Assembly (NCBI GenBank): GCA_035084275.1 | Contig: CM068755.1 | Coordinates: forward strand, 12,772,001 to 12,836,000 | Direction: 5' to 3' | Length of the DNA stretch: 64,000 bases | DNA from: Hydrolagus colliei | Taxonomy: Eukaryota | In this document: piece after piece, positions 12,492-24,470 of the stretch | Layout of the letters: each line of letters opens with the position of its first letter | Position numbering within the stretch: the stretch's first letter is position 1 | Program-made: the position numbers and the translations under genes | Notes under the pieces: generated by a model | Told to the model about the DNA's origin: nothing | Database searches by the model: none | Seen by the model: the letters and a program-made list of their open reading frames with translations, nothing else

Positions 12492-14689
12492 AAATTTTTT
12501 TTAGTGATTATTATCACTCTTGGTGCATTTAAATAAGTGACACTTGATAACTCAAAGAAAGTAAAATGATATTAAACTAGAAGAAATTAAATAATCTAAA
12601 GCAATGTTTTCTTCATCCAATATACTCTTTTGGCCTTTAAGTCACACTCTGCTCTAAAAATTTCATTAATATCCAGTCACTAAATACGTGCCATCAATAT
12701 CAGATGAGTTCAAACCTGGGAAGAATATGTTTATTTCCAGGTCAGCACATATTGAGTGCAATCATGTCAATGAGATCAAAGTCTATCTGATTCTGCAATT
12801 TTGCACTATAATCTAGTAATATTTTGCCTATGCAGTAATTAGAGCAGATTCCGACAAAGCTTGGATTGTTCCCCTTGAAGACTTCAATCACACATTTGGT
12901 AGTGATTATTTTATAAATGCAAATTTCAGATCAAAATGTGAAAATAAAGTACAGTATACGCTAATATATATGTGTGTGTGTTTAGTGTTATTAGGACACC
13001 AAATAAGTGGGCATTGATTGGCACTGATTAACCTGGTTAAAATAATGTAATTTGTTAGATTGACTAGTGTAATTACATTAAATGTTATTGTATTGAATCT
13101 TATTCTAATGCAACCACTGGAACCATTTGTAACTAATACTTTCCAACCACATCAACTAAAGATTTCAGTTCGTAAAGAGTTAAGGCATCAGACCTTGTTC
13201 ATTATTACTGTACACAGCTTCTTGTAAACTCAGAAGCAGGGCAAAGGGGACATCATAGCAGGAAAGCACGAAGGTGATGCATTAGCAATCTGATCATTTG
13301 CCAAAGTTTTAAACCCGGCAAAATTGTTGAACTTTATCCCACGAAATTTTAAGCATTTCCCTTCAAGTGATTTAACCTTTCACCTACCAATCCCTGTCAT
13401 AACCTTTGACCTCTCTCTTTCCAATGAAACTTTCAGTCAACTGAGTACAGATAGGTCCAATGATACATAAAACAGTAGACAGTGCTGTGAACATTATTTA
13501 CTATGAGAACATTGTTTATGCATTCACATTTCAGAGATTTTAACTATTTTAGAAAAGGGTTCATTGTTAAGTTTGCCTGCTTTATTTCCATACACCACTG
13601 TGTTTGTGGTATCTTGCATATTAAATAAAGTATCTGGTAAAAAAAAAAGTGCACTTCATTTGAACAATGCAAAATGAAAGCAGAGAGCATCAAAACAAAT
13701 CTCGGGATTTGCTTTGATGTTTCTAATCACTGCGCCTCATTAAAAAGAACGAGTAAAGTCTTAATGATAGATTGCTATTGTATTAGCACTATTCATATGA
13801 TAGCAAAATAACACCCATATCTGTGGGTGGACTCTGTGGACTCCATTTAAAACCTTACCATAAAATGTAAGGCCCCAAATTGTACCTAAACTGAGCCTTT
13901 AAAACCATTTTGTCTTCAAATATAAAATATTTTCTTTTGTTTCAATATTGATTTTGAAGAAATGTGAAAAATAGTCTGCACAATTTTAAAGGTAAAGGTA
14001 ACATTGCTTTACATTGTAAAACCGTAGATTTTCACACTTAATGTATGCAATTATGATCTCCAATCATACATTATTGCAATAATCAGTTAATGTAATAATA
14101 CTATCAGTTAAAATTATCAGTTCTAATCATATTTCTTGGATTTTATATAGAACCTTTCATTGTAAGATGAAGTTTCAAAGTGCTTCACAGGTGTTATTGT
14201 AACATGTAACAACATTTTCTACATGAATATTCGATTGCAAGGCATTATGTTGTGCAAATAAGCACATACCTCTACCAGGTCTCGGTATCTCACTATCATT
14301 GAGAATAACCAAAACTTCTACACACAAATCCCATACTCTGCTCAGTGGTGTTCAAATGCTGGTTAATGTTTAATGTTTCTAAAGGGCTGGTGGAGGACAG
14401 CCAGCTTTTTGCTAACATTAAAAATCTGTTAGAGGGACCTCTGAATCAATATCTGGCTGCTCTAATTGTGATAGTTGTGATTAGTGTCTGGTTTATATGG
14501 CTGGACACCAACATTAATACAATAGGTTGAATGGCCACTTACTGTGTCAAGGATTTCTATGGTATTAACTGTTCAATATATCTAGCTCCCAATTGTACTA
14601 GCCCAGAGCTGAAGTCAGCACATTGGCTGTGCAACTGAATGTTGTGCAGTTTCTTTGAATGACCGTAACATTAAAAAGTAGATACGTTA

Positions 14690-14955
14690 TGCAGACTAAT
14701 ATCCCAGATCTGATTGTTGCAGGTCTACACTGAGTTAGCTGATATAAGACAGTGAGACACTAGGGACTATAATTGCCTTTGTGACTCATGTAAGGGAAGG
14801 GAAATTCAGCTAGGTTTCCTACTAGAGGTTGATGTCAAGTCAGGACAGGGGAAGAAGCTATGCTACCCATGGTTAAATAGCTGTCGTCTTCAACAGTCAA
14901 AGTTGACACATGAACAATGGCCTCTTAGGAAAGGTGCTGGAGGGCACTCTGCCTG
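14690..14955 (+). mobile_element. old diverged SINE-like interspersed repeat (same family as 4355-4640)
   Basis: CTGAGTTAGCTGAT...ACTATAATTGCC...AGGGAAGGGAAATTCAGCTAGGTTTCC...GATGTCAAGTCAGGACAGG...ATGGTTAAATAGC...CACATGAACAATGGCC. Confidence 0.6.
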
Positions 14956-16361
14956 CAGAAATTTAACCTCCTTTTCTCCTCCCTCCCCCTGCCAATTGAA
15001 TGCAAAATAAGAGTCAAATGCCTAGAGGAGAGGAAAAAATTGGTAAGAAAAAAATGTTCTTGAACAGTCCGTAGGGCAGTGTTTTGAGAAAAGACTGGAT
15101 CAATTTGCACTGCTTGCACTTATACTCTATTATTGAAGGCAATACTTTTGTGAAGCACTTCATCAGGATGGTCTCAGAAGCCAGAATCTGGCACATATTG
15201 AGTTGCAATTGCACGTCTCAAACCCATTAAGACCGGTTTTCATGACAGTATAAACTCAGGATTAGATTCCACATGTCATGCAAACAGGTTTTACTCAAAC
15301 AGTTCCACTTGTAAAGTTCAACTCCTCTTTGTCATATAAGTTTTTAAATTCATGGAGAATATTCCAGGTTATCCACCCTCACATCATCATGGGATTGACT
15401 GATGCCCTGCCAAAGTTTTCAGTCTGTTTCTAATATAAGAGCTACTTATTCTAATCCTAGATTATAGGTCTTCGTATAAATGGAGTTTAATTGGCTGAGA
15501 GCAGTGCTAAAACCCACAACACACAGTCCAACTCAGTCCTGTAACACTCCTATTTAATCAACAAGAAGTGGATACCTCCAAGTATAATAGTAAACTAACA
15601 AGCAGCACTGATCATTCCCAATATCTTAATTCTCATAATTTGTTTTATTCTGTTTTAGAAATATTTATTTTAAAATATCCATCTGCTCAGGTAAAGATTA
15701 CAGCAATCCTGTCCTGGAGTTCTCACTCCTGTATCATTAACATGTTTTATAATGCGTATTGGCAGGATTAGATCTGTGCCAGTGGATGTTTACTAAAACA
15801 AGACTCTGCTCTGAGCAGTTTTTGTTGCTTGTCTATTTCTAAACATGGATTTTTCTGGAATTGAGGAATCTGATTTTGACTTAGTCTGTCCGAGGTGCAT
15901 CAATTGAGATGGCGTGGTTTGTTGATGCTCGGCAGTCAACATCCTGCCCTCACTCCACAATCATTGTAAAGAGTGGTTCCAGCAGGGACATATGTAGGTC
16001 ATTAAACCACGGCTGGAGCCATCAATGCATATGTAACATAAATACAACAATTAACAAAACCTATAAACCCATAATCCAATGTCATTAATGGATGGGGATA
16101 CCATAATGTTATAGCGCACTGATATAATGTGACATGTAAAACCCATGGTAATCATTCTAATCTGTTTTCCCCTACCGTGATAATTGTAAACTAAAGTAAT
16201 CGGGATAATTGTGATAAATCAACAGGAAAGTGGTTAAGGCAACTATAGGGAGCCCTCTTTACCTGGACAAAATAATTGCATTTCCTAAGCGAATGAAACA
16301 AAACTACAAATCAGTTTTCTACAATGTCGTGTTTGTCCATGAAATTCTCTTTTTAAATGTT

Positions 16362-16638
16362 TACATTGTTGCAGTACTTCTTAATTAAGAAATCCGAAAA
16401 TGCAAATCCCTGACTCACTTACTGCAATATCTCTCGCAGTTCAACCTGTGTTCAGGTGGTGTGTATGTGTCTGTGTTTGTGCGTGTGTGTGAGTGAGTGG
16501 GGTGGTGGTGGGGTGGGGTGGGGGTGGTGTTCCCTCAAATGGGAGTGACGTGCATAAGGTAGTTCCAAGATAGCAAAAAGAGAAAATGAGACACCAGCTC
16601 TGATTTCTTAATTAAGAAATAGCGCAAAATTGGCCCCT
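16362..16638. mobile_element. putative old MITE with ~30-bp degenerate terminal inverted repeats
   Basis: Left arm ATTGTTGCAGTACTTCTTAATTAAGAAATCCGA versus the reverse complement of the right arm, ATTTTGCGCTATTTCTTAATTAAGAAATCAGA. The right end is AAAATTGGCCCC. Confidence 0.45.
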
Positions 16639-17234
16639 TCATTTCCTCACCACACAAAAAAAAGTTAAGGTAACTGTTTAGGAACTCAAACGAGCGCACT
16701 GGCTGTCAGCAGAGTTGCAGCCACTTTCAGTTTCCGCACTCTGCTTCTGCTCATTTCACACCAGAATAACTAACCACTGCGTGAGGCAAATCCCACAAGT
16801 GTGCACATACCTTTGCATTGATCACTGCACCAATATAAAAATAACAATCTTTTAATTGGGAGTTGATAGTCATATAAGCATTGCTTGCCTATTCTGTTCT
16901 GAACAAAAACCCTCAGTCTTTTGTGAAGAAGACAGCAGCTCCACAATGCATACTTCAGTCAAAAGTGCAAAATAATGTGTATGCTTGTTCCAGCAAAAAA
17001 AAGATTCATGTTGCAGGCCTTCAGATTGGTATCAGAGACTGGTCTCTATTCATCATCATCTGGGCAGGGAGACCTTTGAGCCTCTTTGTTCCCAGAGAGG
17101 AAAGTGAGTTGGGAAAGTGTCAGGAAAGTGTAAAAGCTGATATATAGGCTGCAGTTGTTTGTCTCAGTGACCTTTTGTGGGGACAGAGGTGATCTGTCAG
17201 GCACCCTTCAGCAAAAGTCATGCCCTGAGGTTGA

Positions 17235-17436
17235 AGGCCTTTGACCTTTGAGGAGCAATGGGTCAGACTGTGAGCAACTGTGCAAGCGCCAGCCATGGGA
17301 CTGCAGACCACTGAAACAGAAGAAAAGACGCCTCAAAGAATAAAAGAGATGGTGGGAAAAAATGCTAATTTATAGAAGTTGAGTACATATTTCACAGTGC
17401 CACAGTGGATCAGCTGACGACAGAGGTCAAAGGCCA
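17235..17436. promoter_or_regulatory. candidate nuclear-receptor enhancer with two DR1 elements
   Basis: AGGTCA-A-AGGCCA at 17424-17436 (+) and AGGTCA-A-AGGCCT at 17235-17247 (-), with a nearby AAAGGTCA at 17168-17175 (-). This is a motif match only. Confidence 0.4.
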
Positions 17437-18440
17437 CATTTAGCCTTGATTTTCTGAGCATGTTACTGTAACATCTGTGTGTTAAAAGACTGCCGAGACC
17501 AAAGTTCTGACCCTAATGCACACAAAAAGGGTAAGTGGGAGATTATAAGTCTTTGCAATCACTGATTGACTTAAGTTTAACCACCTTTTGGGGCCTGTAG
17601 TGACTACTTATTTTAACCTTCCCATTAGGCAAGTACTGGCTGGAATTTTTTTTTGTGTTTATACATTAACCTATTCTTAAAATCAATTCATGTTTATGCT
17701 GAGTCAATATCTATTTACATTGACAAACGAAACATGAACACGTGGATAGCTTGTGACAGAAAATGTGATCCCTAGCAGGATCAGAATTGGATATTTAGTG
17801 GAGTCTAAAATACCTCCTTTAGGTCAAAATGAAACTCCCCTGTTACTCAGTCAGTACCCAATAAAGTCTAATGAGCTGCAGCTAAAGAAAGGTTAATCTT
17901 AAGTAAATTAAACAATGCAAACGGTGACAGATTGAATCATTTAAAATGATTTTCCCAAGAGGGATGTCATCTTATCAAAGATGGCAGTAACCCTTTAAAC
18001 AACAACTTTCTTTAAAACTTAAAAGGAAACTAAGTACCTCTGTGGGTTCTGACGCACATTTGAACAGTGAACTACTGTAATTTTATCCTTTACAATATAT
18101 TTTATTCTGACCTTGTTACACTTATATTTTAGCCACAGTGTGAACAATCAATATCTCTATTCAGCTTCTTTTCTTATTGAAGATAGAAAGCTCTTTATCA
18201 CAAAGTTGACCTCCCCTTGACAAATGTTGGCTTCAGCTCTGATTGGTGCTGTTCAGATCTGACTTTCTCCAGATCTATCCCGTGCACGTAGAATGCTCAG
18301 GATCAGTGTAAAGCAATAAATAGAGATTCTGTCTCCATATTAATACATTGGATTCATTTAGTGAAAATTGTGCTCATATCCATGCTGGCATCTATTCAAG
18401 AAGATCTCCTTTATCCATGCAAAAAAAACACAATATTAAA

Positions 18441-18614
18441 AATTGGTAATTTCTATCCACGACAGTTTGTGGGACACTGCTGTGTGCAATTGGCTTCCGC
18501 GTTTCACCCACAAATATACAGTCAATTCACTTTACAGTATACTCGGTGAAGCGCTTTGAGACGTCGATAAGATGTGAAAAACGCTATATCAAAATGCAAG
18601 GATTATTATTATTA
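18441..18614 (+). mobile_element. 3' half of the (ATT)n tRNA SINE
   Basis: GTTTGTGGGACACTGCTGTGTGCAATTGGC...CCCACAAATATACAGTCAATTCACTTTACAG...GCGCTTTGAGACGTC...AAACGCTATATCAAAATGCAAGG(ATT)4. Confidence 0.9.
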
Positions 18615-19641
18615 ACATTTGCTCATATTATCAGTCATAGACTTCAGAAAACCTGTAAAATAACTGTACATTTGTAGCAAGTATGGTTTGTAATGTAGAA
18701 GTAGAATATTGCACACATTCAAATAACTTTTCTTCTAAAGCATTCTTTATTTTTTTCTTCCCTACGAAAAAAATACCAGTTGACACAAACTGGTTTGCTG
18801 GGATGGGGGGGTTGGTTTGGCACTAGTTTTACTTATCGCAAACTCCTCCTATCACCTTCCGTAGTGTCCAGTCATTGGCAGGCGGAGGCACGGCTGGCTA
18901 TTATTATGAGCTTCACTCTTGCAGAAACTGCTTCATTATCGCGTGGCCAATCTCTCAACACTGTGCTGCTCAGACCCGAGTAAACAGCCAATTAAAGACA
19001 GGAGCACTTGGAGCCAAATCCATGACTTTCCAATTGTCAGTTTAGTGTTGAATTCTCAGCTCCTGAATCGCTCCCTTTCTAATTTCGATTACAGCAGTGG
19101 TGGACAACATTTTTTTGGTCGACCAACAAAACATATTTTCCTGGTTGAATATTTCTTGACTTATACAATGAATCAAGAAATCTGCAAACGAGAAAAAACT
19201 GGGAAGAAAAGCTTGATTGAAAACGGACTCAACTAGCCTAATGTGAATTTTCGGTGAGCCACTTCTTCACGGTTCCACATGCCACTTCTGGCCTGCGGGC
19301 CATGGGTTGACCATCACTGAATAGCTACAACATGAGGTTGTGTTTATGCCATGTCTTCCATGTAGGGTAATGCAGAGACACTGAGAAGGAAGAGTGGGAA
19401 TTGCAAATGTGCACTGACCATTTATACAATTACAGCATAAAATAGTCACACAAATAAAAAACCCTGCAGTGTGGATCCTCTTCTATGTACAGTTTACTTG
19501 GGAACAGTTTCAAGTGTGTTAATGTACAAAATAAATATGTGGTTTCTACAATTATGGCAATAAATAAATGCCACAAAGAATCAACCGAATTCTGTCACAT
19601 CACAATCTCTGAAAATAACAAATTACTATTTCTCTCCACTT

Positions 19642-19871
19642 ATAATAATAATGATAATAAATCTTACATTTGATATTGCGCTTTTCACGGCTTCAAGATG
19701 TCTCAAAGAGCTTCACAGAATTATTTTTTGAGGGATTATTATCAGGTGTGTGGAGTAAGGCAATTTGACCAAAGTTTCACCCTGCCTGGAATTGAACCCA
19801 GGTCTCTCGCTTGCAAGGCGGGTGCTCTAATCACTGAGCTACAGGACTCCACATTAGCTACAGGACTCCAC
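19642..19871 (-). mobile_element. tRNA-derived SINE (internally deleted, duplicated 5' end)
   Basis: Head GGAGTCCTGTAGCTCAGTGATTAGAGCACCCGCCTTGCAAGCGAGAGACCTGGGTTCAATTCC with A and B boxes, and an (ATT)n tail. The 16-mer AGCTACAGGACTCCAC occurs at both 19837 and 19856. Confidence 0.9.
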
Positions 19872-19874
19872 GTT

Positions 19875-20150
19875 ATCATCGAGAGACAAGCAGAACTCCA
19901 TCCAGTATTTACGAGATGAAAGAACTAATGGCAAAAATGCGCAACATTGGGCAGCAACTCAGAATGAATCGGAGTAGATCAACAGAGGTAAAGCCATGGA
20001 ATAAACAGAATATTTCACTCGTGACAACAAGCACCTGGTCTCAGTACCAGTGGAAAGTACCTGACATTTTGTTTACTCATTCAATATGTTGCCATAACTC
20101 ATTTCCATCTGCTGCAAGTGGGAGCCTCTCACACTCAGTGAAGAACTGCG
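19875..20150 (+). pseudogene. probable decayed RTE-clade LINE ORF C-terminus
   Basis: Frames give QHWAATQNESE*INRGKAME (cf. WE..AQDRS.WR..I..G..FE) and FTHSICCHNSFPSAASGSLSHSVKNC (cf. the RTE terminal F.C..C.R.F.S..GL.SH...C). Confidence 0.4.
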
Positions 20151-20664
20151 TCACCCATCAGAAATCCTTTGTTTATTTGAGCACAGGAATGCATCTGCAA
20201 CCCTCAACGTGTCAACAGACTTCCAATGCATTTTCTGTCCAACAGAAATCTTTAGAATTTTAGGACAATATTACTAATGGGACTTGTAAATATTTGTAAC
20301 TATTATCCAAGTCTGACACATTTATGAAAATGAGTTTAATTTCAATGTATGATTTTTTTTGATACTGGTAATTCCCCTCCCCCTCACATACAGTATTTAT
20401 GTTATAAGTTTCTGTTTCCTAATCAACTAAACATAAGGCCACCGGTCAAGTAAATCAAGTTTTTTAAAAAAAGAAAATCTATTAGAAAAATATTCACCTT
20501 AACAACTCTAGAAGTAAATTATTTAAGAAATAAATTAAAGTAACTTCAGGAGGAATGAGCAAGTTGCTTGCCTTACTTAGAGGAAGTGGCCACAAGTTTC
20601 TGTTCCTGTGTCTCCTTTCTGAATTAAATGATTTTTTTTGTTTAAACTTTATATATTTTTTATG

Positions 20665-20668
<4 letters not shown>

Positions 20669-20712
<44 letters not shown>
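20669..20712. repeat. (TA)22 microsatellite
   Basis: Perfect TA dinucleotide run of 44 bp. Confidence 0.97.
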
Positions 20713-20714
<2 letters not shown>

Positions 20715-23700
20715 CAGCTTGCTCATCATTCTCCTTTGTTGTGGGAACGCAGAATGGTGCAGCTGGAAGTAACATCACGGAAACTCTGTTCCCATTGTGA
20801 AAAAAAATCAATTGAAAAGTGGAGTTCTGCCAGATTGCAGCATACACCTCTGGAATCCCATTCAAAGACTTTTAATAGAGGTCACAACCGACAAGCAAAG
20901 GGCTGCTCTGGGAGTTCAGTGGGAAAAAAGTTTCACTCCAAGTGAATTTTATTTTTCTTTCATTTATCAGGCGCCCATAAACATGCTGAGCAATTTTCCA
21001 GTACATTAACTGGGGATCCTCAATATCCAAAGGGGAAAAGTGGACAACAGGCTGGAGGAAGATGGATGGGGATGGGATAGGAGTGGGCAGTTTCCCACTG
21101 CCCCAGCCAGGGCCCTGGACAAAGTGCTCATTGACTGGGATGCTTGACATCAGCATCATAAACTAGTAATGGACACAAAAGGTCTGACACCTCAAAGTAT
21201 CAAGCACTGTCCAGCTCTATAGAGCAGGCCCAAAGAGGCTGGCCCAACAGTTGCATCCTTCTGTGATCGAGTTCGACAAGAGCTTTAGCTGAATAGAGCT
21301 GGGCTGAATGCTCGCACACAATTTTTCATCCCAAAAGACAACATTTCCTTACTGGCATGACATTATTGCTGCGAGATGAAACATCTTCCCTTTTTTGCGG
21401 GAGGCTAATTTCATTTGTACCTTTCACAGTGAGGTGAGCGTGTTTTATTGTCCTCACTGTTTGTTTTGGAGTCTTTCTTTCTCATGGGAACTTTCAGAAC
21501 AGCTCGACAGAAAGGAGAGTCAAATTAGTCTTGAATTAGTATTTTGCCAAGGAAAGCCTGTGGGCAGTTTGGGATTACAACTGTTTAGTGAATCAACACC
21601 GAAAGTAGTTGCTGACAGCAATCAAATTATTCAACTACTAATTGACTACAGAAATCTGCTTGTTTTAAACTTTTAGAATTGCGCGGGGCAAAATTCCAAA
21701 TGTTCATTTGTAACTTGACCCTCAAAGCAAAATCTTTCATTGTACTGGTTTTCTCTTGACTGGTTAATTTTCCTTATTTTCAACGAGTGTAGCGTATCAA
21801 TTAGAAAGACCAGTCCTGCCTCTGCAACTTTGCTTATTAAATTACTTATTCAAAATAGTTGATTTGAGAAGCCAACTGTGAGACCAATAATTAGATCCAA
21901 TGTTGAATCATACATGGTTACCAAAGATATCGGAGATTCCAATTGTAACTTTTAGCAAAATGCGGCTGCGATAAGGAGCAAAGATTTACCGGACAAGAAG
22001 TAGTGGGTGTTCAACCAGTAAATGACTGCTGGTTATGATTAGTGATCATTATGGTCCATTATTACTGGAAGTACATCCACTGTCAAGTTTATTTTCTTGG
22101 CTATATTTTTATTACAGATACGCTGAATGGTTATTTAATCTTTTGCACTATTAAATGTGCCTTAAAGCTTTCAAAATGCAATATCTTCTATTGCAAAACA
22201 TCTGCCACAACTATTTTTTCCCACACGTTTCCAAAAGCTATGTGATCAAAGACAGAAAACTGGCAATGCTCGCAAAAACAGAAGGCTTCTTCATTCACAC
22301 TTTGCCCAAATAAAACTTTAAATGCTAATACAGGGTTGTGCAATAAAAGTTTTACTGCAGTCAATCCTGAATGGATTTTTAAAGGGTTAAAGTCAGAACT
22401 ATGCTAACAAGTGCAAGGGAGGCAGTATCTAGTTGCACCAAGAAACATGCTTGCACTGAAAGCTGATTAGAGTTGTGTGTGCCAGATACCCAGGTACTTG
22501 TAGGATTTCTCTGAGTGACAACTGGCACAGATAAGACCGCACTTTGTTTCACGTAACCCTACCGTCTTCCCACTTGATCTTTCAAATTAATGCCAAATGA
22601 CCTAGCCCTTTCAAGCTCAGTTGGTGCAGCAAGCCAGTGACTGCTGAGAGCGTAACCCTGTTGAGCAAATACAACCAGGTGGTTGAAACAAAAAAAAGTC
22701 AAAGAATTTGTAAAGGTGCAACACACAGTCGGCTTTATTGAAACTTAAGCAAACACCAGGGAGCAGTTACATTAAACAAGACCATCAAAGTGCACAAAGG
22801 GCTGCCAAAACCGAGCAAGATATTGCAGCCTAAGCTTTGCTAACACAAGAAATGCCAAACTATACTGACTTTTTATTAGACTTCCATACCCAGTGGCACA
22901 GTTGCAATCTTGTTCTGGGTAGAAAAAGTGACCGAAAGCATTTAAATTTTGCTCTGCCGATTTTAGAAAACGTCAGAGCTTGAAATAAACCAGAAATGTT
23001 TATCAGCATTAATATTCCCAATAATATTCCATTCAATTATGAAGATAGGGTGGTCTGGCGGTAAAATGCCAGGACACTAATGACACGCCATATGGATTCC
23101 CTGTAGAGACTAATAACCATGGACATCTGATTAAAACAAACTATAAATCACTGCACAATGTTTACATTGCCACCCAATCCTTGATATTTTGTTGGCATTG
23201 TTGAAAGATGAGAAACTGGCTCACCAGAATATTTTTACTCCGGGTACAGCAAAGTGCGGGAAGGAATAAAGTAGGGAAAACAGGAGTTTTGGCGGCACAG
23301 TTTTTGAACAGATGCGTCCAGCCATATGGGTGAAGTGAGTCAGATATCATCCCCACAGGGTAGATGCAGGAATGTTGTCAAAGTGCTCAAAGTAAATCAA
23401 TGTAGAGGTTTAGCGAGGTCTTTTAATAGATGTATGACAAATATTGCCACACATTTCACTGATAGATTTCACCCCCTGAATTGTTAGGCAGTCGGGAAAA
23501 ACAAATGCACCTTTCAAAAAAAAATACTTATTCGCTCACAAATGTCAGTCACTACAGGTCACAGTAAAAATCTTGTGACGCACTTTGACATGTTTCAAAG
23601 ATTTTCCTTTTTTTAAAAAAATGCTAAAAGTTTTTATTCTGGTATCAGATAAACAGAAAAAAAAGTGCAGTTTAGTTACAGGTTGATGTTGAAAAATTGG

Positions 23701-24290
23701 CTTCCTGTAAACTGATTGAGAGTATTAGAGAGAGAGAGCAATGTTTGATTCCGCTTTACTTTGAGACCAGCCAGGTCGTTTCCTACTCTTTACAAGCTTC
23801 AATTTCCTTTGATAACATGCTAACACGGGCAGGTCTTCAGCCTTGGCATATTAATGCAATACATCCTGGACAATATCCAACTCTGGTAATAACATATAAT
23901 TATGCATGTAGATGAAGAATTGATTCCAGACTGAAAGTATGTCAGGGAAACGCTCCCCAGTCTCTTGTTCTCTTTCCCAGAAGCAACAGCTGTTTTTTTA
24001 ATAATGGGCTGTTTTGTTTTCTTTTCAGTCGCTTACTAAGAAGGGGCTATACATCACAAAGCTAATTCCAGGCTGATTGTGACATTGTTTAAAGGCCTAC
24101 ATCTGGGCAAGGCAGCCTGACTGGATTTATTTTGTTTGTTCAGGTTTTCCCTTTTAATACCAATTGGATACAGACCATTAAAGTCACAAGTCACACTACC
24201 TGTCTCTATATACTGTACAGGTAAAACCTTATATGAGCCATGACCTTTCTGCTGTTAATTTACAGTTCACTAGGAGTTGATGATGGATGC

Positions 24291-24470
24291 GTTTTTATGG
24301 TAGGCTATTGCAAGACCAACATAGGGCACAGACGAGTAAACAAAGGACCCTATCCACATCAGGACAAAACAAAGTCAGCAATGTCAACACTCAGGAAAAT
24401 TCAGTGCACAATGGGAACAGAAAAACCTATTCGCACAAAGGGACTGCAACCTTTCAACGTAAGCTTCTCT
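24291..24470 (+). pseudogene. probable decayed RTE-clade LINE ORF C-terminus
   Basis: Successive frames read FYGRL, GHRRVNKGPYPHQDKTKSAM, QWEQ and HKGTATFQ, in the order of the RTE motif FYGEL..G.R..G.P..RYKD.LK....WE......IHKGA..FE. The match needs frameshifts. Confidence 0.4.

Noticed and set aside
19905-19987. Possible coding exon (IYEMKELMAKMRNIGQQLRMNRSRSTE followed by GTAAAG)
   Set aside because: The acceptor lacks a polypyrimidine tract, I recognise no protein, and an RTE remnant explains the region better.
20494-20865. 123-aa ORF with a YI repeat
   Set aside because: It is an artefact of reading through the (TA)22 microsatellite.
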